In this document: piece by piece, positions 33,330 through 43,217 of the stretch
Layout of the letters: the number at the start of each line of letters is the position of its first letter
Numbering within the stretch: position 1 is the first letter of the stretch
From: Defluviitaleaceae bacterium
GTDB taxonomy: Bacteria > Bacillota > Clostridia > Lachnospirales > WRAX01
Length of the DNA stretch: 64,000 bases
Direction: 5' to 3'
NCBI GenBank assembly: GCA_009779935.1
Contig: WRAX01000002.1
Coordinates: forward strand, 10,772-74,771
The notes under the pieces: model-generated
Databases searched by the model: none
The model's input: only the letters and a program-made list of their open reading frames with translations
What the model was told of the DNA's origin: nothing
Position numbers and translations under genes: made by a program

Positions 33330-35969
33330 ATGGACTGGCATAATATGGATTTAGGGCGGGCTTTAGGGGAAATTGGGACAAGCACCGCCCAAGGGCTTGC
33401 AAAAAGCGAGGCTGATGAACGACTGCAGCAATTTGGGCGCAATGCCATAAAGCAGAAGCGGGAAGCCCCGCTGATTTTGCGCTTTTTTGCCCAGTTTAAG
33501 GATTTTATGGTAATTGTGTTGTTATTTGCGGCAGGGCTATCCTATGCCGCCGGGCGGTTGCATGGGGAAAACAGGATTACCGATGCGCTGATTATCCTTG
33601 CGATTGTATGCCTTAATGCCGTTTTAGGGCTTGTGCAGGAGTCCCGTGCGAAAAAGGCATTGGAAGCCCTGCGGGACATTTCCAGCCCCGAAGCACGGGT
33701 TTTGCGGGATGGACAAGTTGTTACCATCAAGGCGGAGGAGATTGTGGCAGGGGATATTGTTTATCTTGAAACAGGGGACATTGTACCCGCCGACCTGCGC
33801 CTGATAAACACCATAAACTTACAGGTGGAAGAAGCGGCATTAACAGGCGAATCCCTTCCCGTGGATAAAGATGCCCATGCCATTGCAGAAGCGGGTGCGC
33901 CTTTGGGGGACAGGCTTAATATGGCATTTTCGGGTGCATTTATTACCTATGGTCGGGGTGCGGGCATTGCAGTTGCCACAGGCATGGATACAGAAATGGG
34001 CAAAATTGCCAGCTTGATAATGGAAGAAAAATCTCCCGAAACGCCATTGCAGAAGAAATTAGTGGAAACAGGCAAAGTACTGGGTATTGCTGCCCTTATC
34101 ATATGCGCTGCCATTTTTGCCATTGGCTTGTGGCGGCAAATACCGCCGCTGGATATGTTTGTAACGTCCGTATCCCTTGCTGTTGCGGCTATTCCCGAGG
34201 GTTTGGTGGCCATTGTAACAATAATGCTGGCAATTGGCGTTACCCGCATGGCAAGGCGCAATGCCATCATCCGTAAGTTGCCTGCGGTGGAAACTTTGGG
34301 GTCTGCCACCGTTATTTGCTCTGATAAAACAGGCACATTAACCCAAAACAAGATGAAGATTGTGGAAATTTCCGATGGGCGGTCCATATTGCGCAAAGAT
34401 GCGGTGGATGCCATGGATATTATCCGCCTTGGCAGCTTATGTAATGATAGTTTTGTAAGCGGGGGCGAAATTGTAGGCGACCCCACAGAAGCCGCCTTCG
34501 TGTCCGCTTTGCACGTATACAACATGGACAAAGCCGGCCTGGAAACGGACAAGCCGCGATTGGCAGAAATCCCCTTTGACAGCAAACGTAAACTGATGAC
34601 TACCATACATAAAGATGGTGAGGGCTTTCTTGCCATTACCAAGGGTGCGCCGGATGTGCTTTTGGGGCTTTGTGCGGCTTATCAAACGGGCGGGCGTGTG
34701 CAAAATTTGAACAATGCCAGTCGTGGCGCAATCCTCACAAATGTGGCAAAAATGGCTGATAGAGCACTGCGGGTTTTGGCCGTTGCCGTCAAACCTTTAA
34801 GTCAAATTCCATCCAATCCTAACGACATGGAGAATGGGTTAATTTTTGTAGGCTTGGTAGGTATGATGGACCCGCCCCGCCCCGAGGTGAGGGATGCGGT
34901 TGCAATTTGCAAACAAGCGGGCATACGCCCTGTAATGATAACGGGGGACCATGGGGCAACGGCACTTGCAATTGGGCGCAGCATCGGCATATCCGCCACG
35001 CAAGTTGTAACGGGTGAGGATTTGAATAAGATGACCGCTGATGAATTGGGCAACGCTGTTGACCATGTAAACATTTTTGCCCGTGTTTCACCGGAAGATA
35101 AATTGCGCATTGTGCGGGCTTTTCAAGCAAAAGGGCACACGGTAGCGATGACGGGGGATGGGGTAAACGATGCCCCTGCCCTAAAAGCTGCCGACATCGG
35201 TTGCGCCATGGGCATAAACGGCACGGCAGTTGCCAAAGCTGCATCAGATATTGTGCTTACGGATGACAACTTTGCCACCATCGTATCTGCCGTGCGGGAA
35301 GGGCGTGGCATTTTAACAAATATCCGCAAGGCAGTGCATTTTCTGCTTTCCTCCAATATTGGGGAGATAATTACCATTTTTGTAGCTATCTTACTGGGCT
35401 GGCCCGTGCCTTTGCTTGCTATCCACCTACTTTGGGTAAATCTGGTAACAGACAGCCTGCCTGCCATTGCACTGGGGTTGGATCCCGCCGACCCGAAAAT
35501 AATGGAAGGGCGTTCTACCGCCAAACGAAAGGGGCTTTTTGGGCGCAAGGTGTGGTATCGCATTTTCATTGAAGGTGCGATGATTGGCATGTTGTCACTA
35601 ATTGCTTTTGCAGTGGGATATACCATTTTAGGCGGCGAAAATCCTGCGCAAATGGGGCGCACCATGGCGTTTACAACCCTTTCCCTGTCACAATTGGTGC
35701 ATGCCTTTAATATGCGCAGCGAAAACAGTATTTTTAGCATCAAGTTGTTTGAAAACCGCTATTTGGTGGGCGCACTGATAATTGGTACATTGTTGCAAGT
35801 TGGCGTCATCTCCATCGAGGCTGTTGCGAATATTTTCCATGTTGCCCCAATGCCGACTAATGCTTGGCTGGTGGTTGCTGGCCTGTCTTTACTACCTATT
35901 GTTATTGTGGAGCTGGAAAAGCTACTGCTGAATGTTGCAATCAAATGGCGCAATCGCACACATGCGTAG
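33330..35969 (+). CDS. Cation (Ca2+)-translocating P-type ATPase
   Basis: LTGES, AAIPEGL, DKTGTLT, KGAP, MITGD, TGDGVNDAPAL, LWVNLVTD. Confidence 0.95.
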   Translation: MDWHNMDLGRALGEIGTSTAQGLAKSEADERLQQFGRNAIKQKREAPLILRFFAQFKDFMVIVLLFAAGLSYAAGRLHGENRITDALIILAIVCLNAVLGLVQESRAKKALEALRDISSPEARVLRDGQVVTIKAEEIVAGDIVYLETGDIVPADLRLINTINLQVEEAALTGESLPVDKDAHAIAEAGAPLGDRLNMAFSGAFITYGRGAGIAVATGMDTEMGKIASLIMEEKSPETPLQKKLVETGKVLGIAALIICAAIFAIGLWRQIPPLDMFVTSVSLAVAAIPEGLVAIVTIMLAIGVTRMARRNAIIRKLPAVETLGSATVICSDKTGTLTQNKMKIVEISDGRSILRKDAVDAMDIIRLGSLCNDSFVSGGEIVGDPTEAAFVSALHVYNMDKAGLETDKPRLAEIPFDSKRKLMTTIHKDGEGFLAITKGAPDVLLGLCAAYQTGGRVQNLNNASRGAILTNVAKMADRALRVLAVAVKPLSQIPSNPNDMENGLIFVGLVGMMDPPRPEVRDAVAICKQAGIRPVMITGDHGATALAIGRSIGISATQVVTGEDLNKMTADELGNAVDHVNIFARVSPEDKLRIVRAFQAKGHTVAMTGDGVNDAPALKAADIGCAMGINGTAVAKAASDIVLTDDNFATIVSAVREGRGILTNIRKAVHFLLSSNIGEIITIFVAILLGWPVPLLAIHLLWVNLVTDSLPAIALGLDPADPKIMEGRSTAKRKGLFGRKVWYRIFIEGAMIGMLSLIAFAVGYTILGGENPAQMGRTMAFTTLSLSQLVHAFNMRSENSIFSIKLFENRYLVGALIIGTLLQVGVISIEAVANIFHVAPMPTNAWLVVAGLSLLPIVIVELEKLLLNVAIKWRNRTHA

Positions 35970-35974
35970 CTATA

Positions 35975-36018
35975 ACAAAACACCCCCGCGAAGCGCAGTC
36001 TTCGTGGGGGTGTTTTGT
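35975..36018. terminator. Bidirectional intrinsic terminator
   Basis: ACAAAACACCCCCGCGAAG / CTTCGTGGGGGTGTTTTGT between convergent genes. Confidence 0.85.
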
Positions 36019-39000
36019 CTACTCAATTTCCGGCGCATCCAAATCCTCTTTGGTAATATCTTTGTTTTTGTGGAACATATCGTACAAAATCGGTACCACG
36101 TAAAGGGTGGTTATGGTGGCGTACAGCAGGCCGCCGATGGTGGCAACTGCCATGGGCTGCATCATTTCTGTACCTTCGCCGAAACCAAGGGCAAGTACGG
36201 ACATGGCAAAGATGGTGGATATCGCCGTCATCAATATAGGGCGCAGGCGTTTGCGGCCGGCATCCACAATTGCTTCCACCTTGGTCATACCTTCCCATCT
36301 ATCTTGCACAATACGGGAAACCAGCACAATGCCGTTATTTATGGCAACGCCGCTAAGCAGTATCAAACCAATCATAGCTACGATGGAAAGGGGCATGCCC
36401 GCCACCATAAGGGACACAAAACCGCCTGTAAACGCCAGCGGTATGGTAAACATAATAACAAATGGTGCGCTGATGGATTGGAACTGGGCAACCATGATAA
36501 GGTAGGTTAGTAATAGCCCAAGGGCAATCATCAGTATAAGGTCGTTCATGGCATCGGTTATCATTTCCATTTCGCCTGCTATTACTATGCGTGTGTCACC
36601 CATAGGCTCAAAATCTTCCAGCAGGGCTTCAATTTCCGCATTTACAAGAGCCACGTTAAAACCATCTTCCAGCCCGCCTGATATGGTTACAAAACGGTTG
36701 CGGTTTACACGGCTTATGCTGGCGAATCCTATATCCTCATGCACGGCGGCTATGGTGGAAAGGGGCACATAGCCGCCCGCTGTGGTGATTTGCATATTTT
36801 CAATGCTTACGCGGTTTGGCTCCACAAAATCCCCGTAAGTTATTACGATTTCATAATTTCTGCCTGAAAGGGTCATATTCATGGTTTGCTCGTTAGCAGA
36901 AAGGTTGTTCATGGCTTCCATAAAAACTTGGGCTACTGTTAGGCCGTGAGCCATTGCCGCATCTTTGTCCACCACAATGCGCAACTCCAAATTAGCATCT
37001 TCTGTCAAGTCTGTTACATTGGTTGTGCCTTCTACGCTGTTTATAAGGCCTGCAAGGGCAATTGCCGTATCACGGATATGGTCAAGCTCCGTCCCCTCTA
37101 CCCGAAGGGATATGGCATCGCCCATCATCATACCCATGCCGCCATCGGCACCTTCTACGTGCACATCAAGCCCAAGGTTTTCGCCAACTTCTTGTATTTG
37201 GCTTGCCAAATCCCATTGGGTTATGGTGCGGTTTTCTGTCATAAGCAAGTCCATGTTGATATTGGTGGATTGGGTGCCGCCGCCAAACAAGCCACCACCG
37301 CCCATGGCCGCTATAAAACCACCACCGCCGCCAACGGAAACACCAACTGTTTCCACGTCATCAATTTCCAGCACAAGGGCGGCAAATTCCGCCGCAACCT
37401 CCCTCGCTTCCTCAAAAGTGGCATCTTCCGGCATTTCTGCAGATACATGCACTTGCGGCATATCCATATCCGGGAAAAGCTCCATACCCTGTTGCAAAAT
37501 GGCCCATGTGGCAAAGCCAAAAGCGACGATGGTTGCAACAAGTACAGGCCACTTAAAGCGCAGGGACCAGCGCAGGGTTTTTTCATAAAAATCCAACATT
37601 TTTTGGTGCATCTTGCCCCCTGTGTGCTTTTTAACCCCACGTAGCATGGTGGATGCAGCTGCCGGCACAACAGTCATAGCCACAACAAGGCTGGCAAGCA
37701 GGGCATAGGCTATGGTTAAACCTAAATCCCCAAAAATTTGGCGGGTTATGCCGCTGGTAAACACAATGGGCAAAAACATGGCTGTTGTGGTTAAGGTGGC
37801 AGCGGCAATGGCACCTGCCACCTGCTTTGTGCCGTAAACGGCCGCACGGGCGGCAGATTTGCCATCCGCCTTCATGCGGTAAATATTCTCAATAACTACG
37901 ATGGAGTTGTCGATAAGCATACCCACCGTTAAGGCAAGGCCGCCCATGGATATCATGTTTAATGTGATGCCGCTGAAATACATGGCCGTAAAAGCAAGCA
38001 TAATGCTGACAGGGATGGATATGGCGACAACCAGCGTCGGGCGGATATCCCGCAAAAACACCAGCAACACGATAATGGCAAGTACGCCGCCAATAAGCAA
38101 ATTATCCACAACGGAGCTTACCACCATGTCAATCATTTCACCTTGGTCCATTAACACGGTAAAGGCAAGCCCTTCATGCTCTGCGGACAGGGCTTCCATG
38201 CGGGTACGCACATCCGCCGTCACATCCGCCGTCACAAAGCCGGATTGGGCTTGTAATGTAAACATTATACTGTCATTACCATTTACTTGTGTAAATGTTA
38301 AAAGGCTGTCATCAGTTTCAAACACATGCGCCACATCCGACAGGCGTATGGCTTCTATGCCGTAAAGCCCCATCATTGCGGGGTCAAAAATAAGCATACT
38401 CTTAATTTCATCAAGGGTTTCAAAACGGTCCCCTACACGCACCATGTATTCGCTTGTGCCATCAACAAGCAAACCTGCAGGCATGGAGAAGTTTTGGGCG
38501 AACAGGATGCCCGCAATGGTGTCAACACTTATCATTTCGGCAGGTATACCAATTTCGGGCATTTCGCCGCCATGCATGTCCGTGCCGCCCATCATTTCGG
38601 CAACTTCTGCTTGTGCCTGCTCTGCGGCAGCTTCCATTGGTGTGCCTTCCAGCATCAGCTCCATTACACGGGCTTCTACCATTATTTCCATTTGCGCCAT
38701 CATTTCCGTAATGGGTGCCATAACGGCTTCTAAAATACGGGCATTAACGGCTTGCAAATACTCACCCCTAATAACCACATGCAGTTGGTTTTGCACCAGC
38801 CCCGACAGGCTGACAGTTGCAACACCGGGCACCCCCTCTATGGCGGGGGCAACCGCATCTTGCGCAAACATGGAAAGGTCAGCAATCTCCATACCTTCCA
38901 CATGTATGTTTGCGGTCATTATTGGCATCATATCGGGGTTTAGGCGCATGGTCATCGGGCGGCTTACCCCGTCGGGCAAGGTAATGGAATCCAGCGTTTC

Positions 39001-39324
39001 CCGCAATTCCAATGCTGCCGAATCCATATTGGTGGCTCCCGTAAATTCTAACATAATAATTGATACATGCTCGTTGGAAATGGATGTTACATTGGCAATG
39101 CCGCTAAGGGTTGCCAAACGCCCTTCTAAGGGGATGGACACATCCCTTTCCACCTGCTCGGGGGTGGCACCCACATAAGTGGTAAAAACCACAGCAAAAG
39201 GCAGGTCCATGGAGGGTAAAAGGTCCGTGGATGTGCCCATGAAGGACACTATGCCCAAAACAATAACCAATATCACCCCTACAAGCACGGTAAGGGGTTT
39301 GCGCACACTAAATTTCTCTATCAT
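36019..39324 (-). CDS. RND (AcrB/SwrC-like) efflux permease
   Basis: 1101 aa; GMLIDNSIVVIENI, RLRPILMT, GLLYAT..TL.VVP. Confidence 0.93.
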   Translation of the reverse strand: MIEKFSVRKPLTVLVGVILVIVLGIVSFMGTSTDLLPSMDLPFAVVFTTYVGATPEQVERDVSIPLEGRLATLSGIANVTSISNEHVSIIMLEFTGATNMDSAALELRETLDSITLPDGVSRPMTMRLNPDMMPIMTANIHVEGMEIADLSMFAQDAVAPAIEGVPGVATVSLSGLVQNQLHVVIRGEYLQAVNARILEAVMAPITEMMAQMEIMVEARVMELMLEGTPMEAAAEQAQAEVAEMMGGTDMHGGEMPEIGIPAEMISVDTIAGILFAQNFSMPAGLLVDGTSEYMVRVGDRFETLDEIKSMLIFDPAMMGLYGIEAIRLSDVAHVFETDDSLLTFTQVNGNDSIMFTLQAQSGFVTADVTADVRTRMEALSAEHEGLAFTVLMDQGEMIDMVVSSVVDNLLIGGVLAIIVLLVFLRDIRPTLVVAISIPVSIMLAFTAMYFSGITLNMISMGGLALTVGMLIDNSIVVIENIYRMKADGKSAARAAVYGTKQVAGAIAAATLTTTAMFLPIVFTSGITRQIFGDLGLTIAYALLASLVVAMTVVPAAASTMLRGVKKHTGGKMHQKMLDFYEKTLRWSLRFKWPVLVATIVAFGFATWAILQQGMELFPDMDMPQVHVSAEMPEDATFEEAREVAAEFAALVLEIDDVETVGVSVGGGGGFIAAMGGGGLFGGGTQSTNINMDLLMTENRTITQWDLASQIQEVGENLGLDVHVEGADGGMGMMMGDAISLRVEGTELDHIRDTAIALAGLINSVEGTTNVTDLTEDANLELRIVVDKDAAMAHGLTVAQVFMEAMNNLSANEQTMNMTLSGRNYEIVITYGDFVEPNRVSIENMQITTAGGYVPLSTIAAVHEDIGFASISRVNRNRFVTISGGLEDGFNVALVNAEIEALLEDFEPMGDTRIVIAGEMEMITDAMNDLILMIALGLLLTYLIMVAQFQSISAPFVIMFTIPLAFTGGFVSLMVAGMPLSIVAMIGLILLSGVAINNGIVLVSRIVQDRWEGMTKVEAIVDAGRKRLRPILMTAISTIFAMSVLALGFGEGTEMMQPMAVATIGGLLYATITTLYVVPILYDMFHKNKDITKEDLDAPEIE

Positions 39325-39326
39325 AA

Positions 39327-39788
39327 TTAAAAATCTCCTTGTCTTTCATTTGACATTTGGCTAATAACATCTGCAAAACGGGTAAAAAGGCGTACGGTTT
39401 GCCTTGCATCCTCATCCCCCAGCTGCTGTATAAATTGGGTTAGGGCTTTGTCAAACTCTTCTTCGGCCTCTTGCAAAACCTGGTGCCCTAAGGGGGTTAG
39501 CACAATGGTTGTCTTTCGGCGGTTGGTCTTCTTCACCTCACGGGATAGGTATCCCTTTTTTTCCAAATGGTTTGCCATTTGGGATATGGCGGCCTTGGAT
39601 ACATGTAGCTGGTCCTGTAAATCAACCATGTAAACATTACAATCACTGTCCGCCGAATTGCAGGAAATGCAGCGCATAAGCCCCAATGCTGTCAAATCCA
39701 TATCCGCATTTGCAAAAAGCCCTGCCCACTTGGTTTTGTGCAAACGGTGAAACACTTGCACCATTTGCTCTTTTAATGAGCCATCCAT
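39327..39788 (-). CDS. MarR family transcriptional regulator
   Basis: VSKAAISQMANHLEKKGYLSR..NRR..LTPLG winged helix. Confidence 0.88.
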   Translation of the reverse strand: MDGSLKEQMVQVFHRLHKTKWAGLFANADMDLTALGLMRCISCNSADSDCNVYMVDLQDQLHVSKAAISQMANHLEKKGYLSREVKKTNRRKTTIVLTPLGHQVLQEAEEEFDKALTQFIQQLGDEDARQTVRLFTRFADVISQMSNERQGDF

Positions 39789-39831
39789 TTTATCCTCCCT
39801 ATGTTAATTTCTAAACAGTAAAGCAATTAAC

Positions 39832-39860
39832 AGTATAACGCAAAACCATGTGCATGTCAA
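39832..39860 (-). promoter_or_regulatory. sigmaA promoter of marR-RND operon
   Basis: TTGACA-17 bp-TATACT on minus strand; GTTAATT/AATTAAC palindrome at 39803-39831 just downstream may be the MarR operator. Confidence 0.7.
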
Positions 39861-39937
39861 CCTTAAATTTTTTTTGAAATAAATAAAAAGCGGCACATAT
39901 TGTGCGCCGCCACGAAGATTAAAAGCCACCCCGAAAC

Positions 39938-40855
39938 CTAAAAATACTTTATCCAGTATCCCGGGCTGCCCTGTTCTTGATTATTTGGATGGCATAACTT
40001 AAAAGCATCAAAATCTTCATGTGATGTGGTGTGAGTGCCCAAAACATCGGGTATTGCCACGGCATGGGTAAAGCTTGCACCATCTTCCGCTTGCCCGATT
40101 AGTGCATGGCGGTACTGCCCTGCCTTTTCCACCACAAATGGGTGGTTGCAAAGGGTTTCGCCACCCGGATTTAGGGCTTGCAATTCCTGTAAACCGGCGG
40201 CATACCACTTTATATGTGGCTTATGGTCGCTAAAAATGTCCACAGGGTGGTTATTTGCAAAAAAAGCTTTCAAATGGGCGTTTGGCGGGCGTTGTTCATG
40301 GGTGTGGATAAAATCCGCCACCCCTTCTTTATACACCGGTTCCGGCACCTCTTCTGCAACAATGTTTGCAATGGTTGCGGCAGCATCATGGATGTGGATG
40401 GGTTCGGAAATTTCTTCCGCCGCATCTGCTTTAGGCGTAAATTGTGGAAAGCGCAAACTAACACGCCAAGAATAGGGTGCACCAACAAATCCGCTTAATG
40501 CCACGGCAATGTCGCCTGTGCCGTCAAAACTGCTGCCCGCCTGCACAATGGCTGCACCCGCAATATTTTCAACCACAAGGCCGGACCCTGCAATGTTGCT
40601 TCTATCAAAGTCAAACTTACCTTCAAAACGGCGGCTTTCCCCCACGGGTACCAACCCGGCATCTGCGGCAAAATTTTCCCCTTCACCTTTTACAAATAGC
40701 ACAAGGCGGTATAAACCCTCCGCCGCATCTTGCAAAAATACCGTGGCACGCCCACCGCCTTCACGTGCTTCTAAAACTACCCGCCCTGTGGCGTCCCTGC
40801 CACCCACAGGCCTATCCGCCGAAAGGATTATAAACTGCCTAAAATAATTACGCAT
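39938..40855 (-). CDS. Conserved clostridial hypothetical protein
   Basis: Long ORF with beta-rich N-domain and C-terminal NHPF..Y.H..G..GYW signature; hairpin at ~39886-39910. Confidence 0.75.
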   Translation of the reverse strand: MRNYFRQFIILSADRPVGGRDATGRVVLEAREGGGRATVFLQDAAEGLYRLVLFVKGEGENFAADAGLVPVGESRRFEGKFDFDRSNIAGSGLVVENIAGAAIVQAGSSFDGTGDIAVALSGFVGAPYSWRVSLRFPQFTPKADAAEEISEPIHIHDAAATIANIVAEEVPEPVYKEGVADFIHTHEQRPPNAHLKAFFANNHPVDIFSDHKPHIKWYAAGLQELQALNPGGETLCNHPFVVEKAGQYRHALIGQAEDGASFTHAVAIPDVLGTHTTSHEDFDAFKLCHPNNQEQGSPGYWIKYF

Positions 40856-41222
40856 ATAAAATACCGCCTTTGTCAAATTAAATATTAAAGTATATGCAGG
40901 GGTGTGGACAATAGACCCTGATATATGATATAATGAGGGGAATTTAAGCGGTGTTTTTATCGATAAGGATGAGCCAAGAAGCCCTTGAGTTTGGTATGGC
41001 AGGAAAGGATGCCTTTTTTACAGGGTTTGAGTATAGACAACACTTACGAACATTATGTGACCAAGCCCGATTTGGACACGAATATACCGAACACAGGCTT
41101 TAAGGAAATTAAAAATATACAAAAAGATACAGATAAGCGGACGTGATGGACGTTTCCATATTATTTTGGGTGCGCTGAAAAATTTTTAACAGGGCTTTAT
41201 CCAAAGATAAGCAAAAAACCCC

Positions 41223-41251
41223 TTGCATTTTGTGTCATGGTATGTTAAAAT
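41223..41251 (+). promoter_or_regulatory. sigmaA promoter of the nusA-infB operon
   Basis: TTGCAT-17 bp-TAAAAT with TG extension. Confidence 0.65.
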
Positions 41252-41277
41252 GTATGTGTTCTTATCATATGACATAT

Positions 41278-41310
41278 GAGAGGGGCGAGCGCAACATGGC
41301 TCGCTCTTTT
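41278..41310 (+). promoter_or_regulatory. rimP-leader-like attenuator hairpin
   Basis: GAGAGGGGCGAGC / GCTCGCTCTTTT stem with U tract in the operon 5' leader. Confidence 0.55.
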
Positions 41311-41355
41311 ATTATAGTAGGGCATTATGCACAATACCAAGGAGGGTGATAGCAC

Positions 41356-42618
41356 TTGTCGGGCAACAGCGAGTTTATAAACACCATCAATCTCATCGAG
41401 AAAGAGAAGGGGATTGAGAAAGAAACACTTTTTGAGGCCATAGAAGCATCTTTGCTTGCGGCATGCAAAAAGCATTATGGGGCAAGCGAAAATGTGCAAG
41501 CCACCATAAGCCGGGAAACAGGGGAAATGAAGATTTTGGCGTATAAAACTGTGGTGGAAGAGGTGGAAAACCCTCTCACAGAAATCAGCTTAGAAGATGC
41601 CAAAGCCATTAGCGTTGAATACAATATCGAAGATATTGTGGAAATACCCCTAACACTGGAAGGGGTTGGCCGTGTGGCAGCCCAAGCCGCCAAACAGGTA
41701 GTTGTACAAAAACTGCGGGAGGCGGAGCGCAGCAAGGTTGTAAACCAATTTAAGGATAGAGAGTTGAAAATTTTAAGCGGCGTGGTGGATAGGATTGACA
41801 AGCGCAATGTACACATCATAGCCGACAAAACCGACCTTGTGCTGTTGCCTGTGGAACAAATACCGGGTGAGGAATACTTCCAAAACCAGAGGCTGAAAGT
41901 TGTAGTGCTGGATGTGCGGGAGGGGGGCAAAGGCTCGCCTACCATCAGCGTTTCCCGCTCCCACCCCGAGCTTGTAACAAGGCTTTTTGAACAGGAGGTG
42001 CCCGAGGTTGCTGATGGTACTGTGGTTATCCGTGCTGTTGCCCGCGAGGCAGGCTTTCGCACAAAAATTGCCGTTTCCAGTGAGAATGAGAATGTGGATG
42101 CGGTGGGTAGCTGCGTTGGCGGCAGCGGCCAGCGTGTAAATATGGTGGTAAACGAGCTTAATGGAGAAAAAATTGACATAATCCACTTTTCTGATGACCC
42201 GAGGGAGTTTATAGCCGCCGCCCTAAGCCCTGCCCAAGTACTTGCTGTTGTGCTGGAAGAAGGCGGAAAGATGGCAAAAATCGTCGTACCTGACAACCAA
42301 CTGTCATTAGCCATTGGTAGGGAGGGGCAAAATGCCCGCCTTGCCGCCAAGCTTACAGGCTACCGCATTGATATTAAAAGCGAAACAAAGGCGGCGGCCG
42401 AAGGCTTTATTACCAAGGCGGACTATCTTGCTAATATGACCAAAGAAGCACCCGTTAGCGTTTCGGAATATGCCGAGGCTGCTGCGGAGTATTATGAATA
42501 CAACATCAGCGACGAATATTATGACGATTACTACGATGATGAATATGACGACGACTATGAATACGAATATGGCGATGAAAACAGCAACCCGTCTGTGGGG
42601 AGTGGTAACAATCAATAA
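41356..42618 (+). CDS. nusA: Transcription termination factor NusA
   Basis: GRVAAQAAKQV, S1 and KH domains, REAGFRTKIAV, SLAIGREGQNARLAAKLTG. Confidence 0.97.
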   Translation: MSGNSEFINTINLIEKEKGIEKETLFEAIEASLLAACKKHYGASENVQATISRETGEMKILAYKTVVEEVENPLTEISLEDAKAISVEYNIEDIVEIPLTLEGVGRVAAQAAKQVVVQKLREAERSKVVNQFKDRELKILSGVVDRIDKRNVHIIADKTDLVLLPVEQIPGEEYFQNQRLKVVVLDVREGGKGSPTISVSRSHPELVTRLFEQEVPEVADGTVVIRAVAREAGFRTKIAVSSENENVDAVGSCVGGSGQRVNMVVNELNGEKIDIIHFSDDPREFIAAALSPAQVLAVVLEEGGKMAKIVVPDNQLSLAIGREGQNARLAAKLTGYRIDIKSETKAAAEGFITKADYLANMTKEAPVSVSEYAEAAAEYYEYNISDEYYDDYYDDEYDDDYEYEYGDENSNPSVGSGNNQ

Positions 42619-42889
42619 AAGCAAAGGAAGCCCAAAAGGTAAGATGACAAGCTTGCGACGATGTGTTGGTTGCCGCCAAATGGTTGATAAAACCCGGCTT
42701 TTGCGTGTTGTGCGCAATCCCGAAGGCAACTTTGTGCTGGATGCCACAGGCAAAGCTAATGGGCGGGGGGCATATATGTGCAAAACTGCCGATTGTTTGG
42801 CGGCAACCATTAAGCGTAATGCCTTTAACAACTCATTCAAAACAAAAGTGCCGGCAAATGTTTATGAGGAGCTTAAACAATGGATATGA
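42602..42889 (+). CDS. ylxR: YlxR/RnpM family protein (start uncertain, 42602-42644)
   Basis: RRCVGC..K..LLRVV..D.TGKANGRGAYMC. Confidence 0.9.
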   Translation: MVTINKSKGSPKGKMTSLRRCVGCRQMVDKTRLLRVVRNPEGNFVLDATGKANGRGAYMCKTADCLAATIKRNAFNNSFKTKVPANVYEELKQWI

Positions 42890-43200
42890 TGGAAAAACGC
42901 TTATTGTCCATGGTTTCGCTGGCGAAAAAGGCAGGCAAGTTGGTAACGGGGGAGGAAGGTTGCGAAAAAGCCATACAAAAAGGGCAAGCCACCCTTGTGC
43001 TGATAGCAACGGACGCATCTGCCAACACCAAAAAGAAATTTACAAATAAAACGAATTTTTATAAAGTGCCGATGATTAGCCTTTTTACCAAGGATGAAAT
43101 GGGAGGGGCAATTGGCACCCACAGCAGGGCAACCATTGTTGTTGCCGACGAAGGATTTGGAAAAAGCATATTGGAAATTATAGCGATGATGCAGTCGTAG
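42886..43200 (+). CDS. ylxQ: L7Ae/L30e family RNA-binding protein
   Basis: LAKKAGKLVTGEE, IATDASANTKKK; conserved position before infB. Confidence 0.9.
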   Translation: MMEKRLLSMVSLAKKAGKLVTGEEGCEKAIQKGQATLVLIATDASANTKKKFTNKTNFYKVPMISLFTKDEMGGAIGTHSRATIVVADEGFGKSILEIIAMMQS

Positions 43201-43217
43201 AAAGAAAGGGTGGCTAA

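Noticed and set aside
40930-41200. 44-aa ORF at 40968 as a possible rimP remnant
   Set aside because: No RimP motifs recognisable, it lies upstream of the operon promoter, and the RBS is poorly spaced
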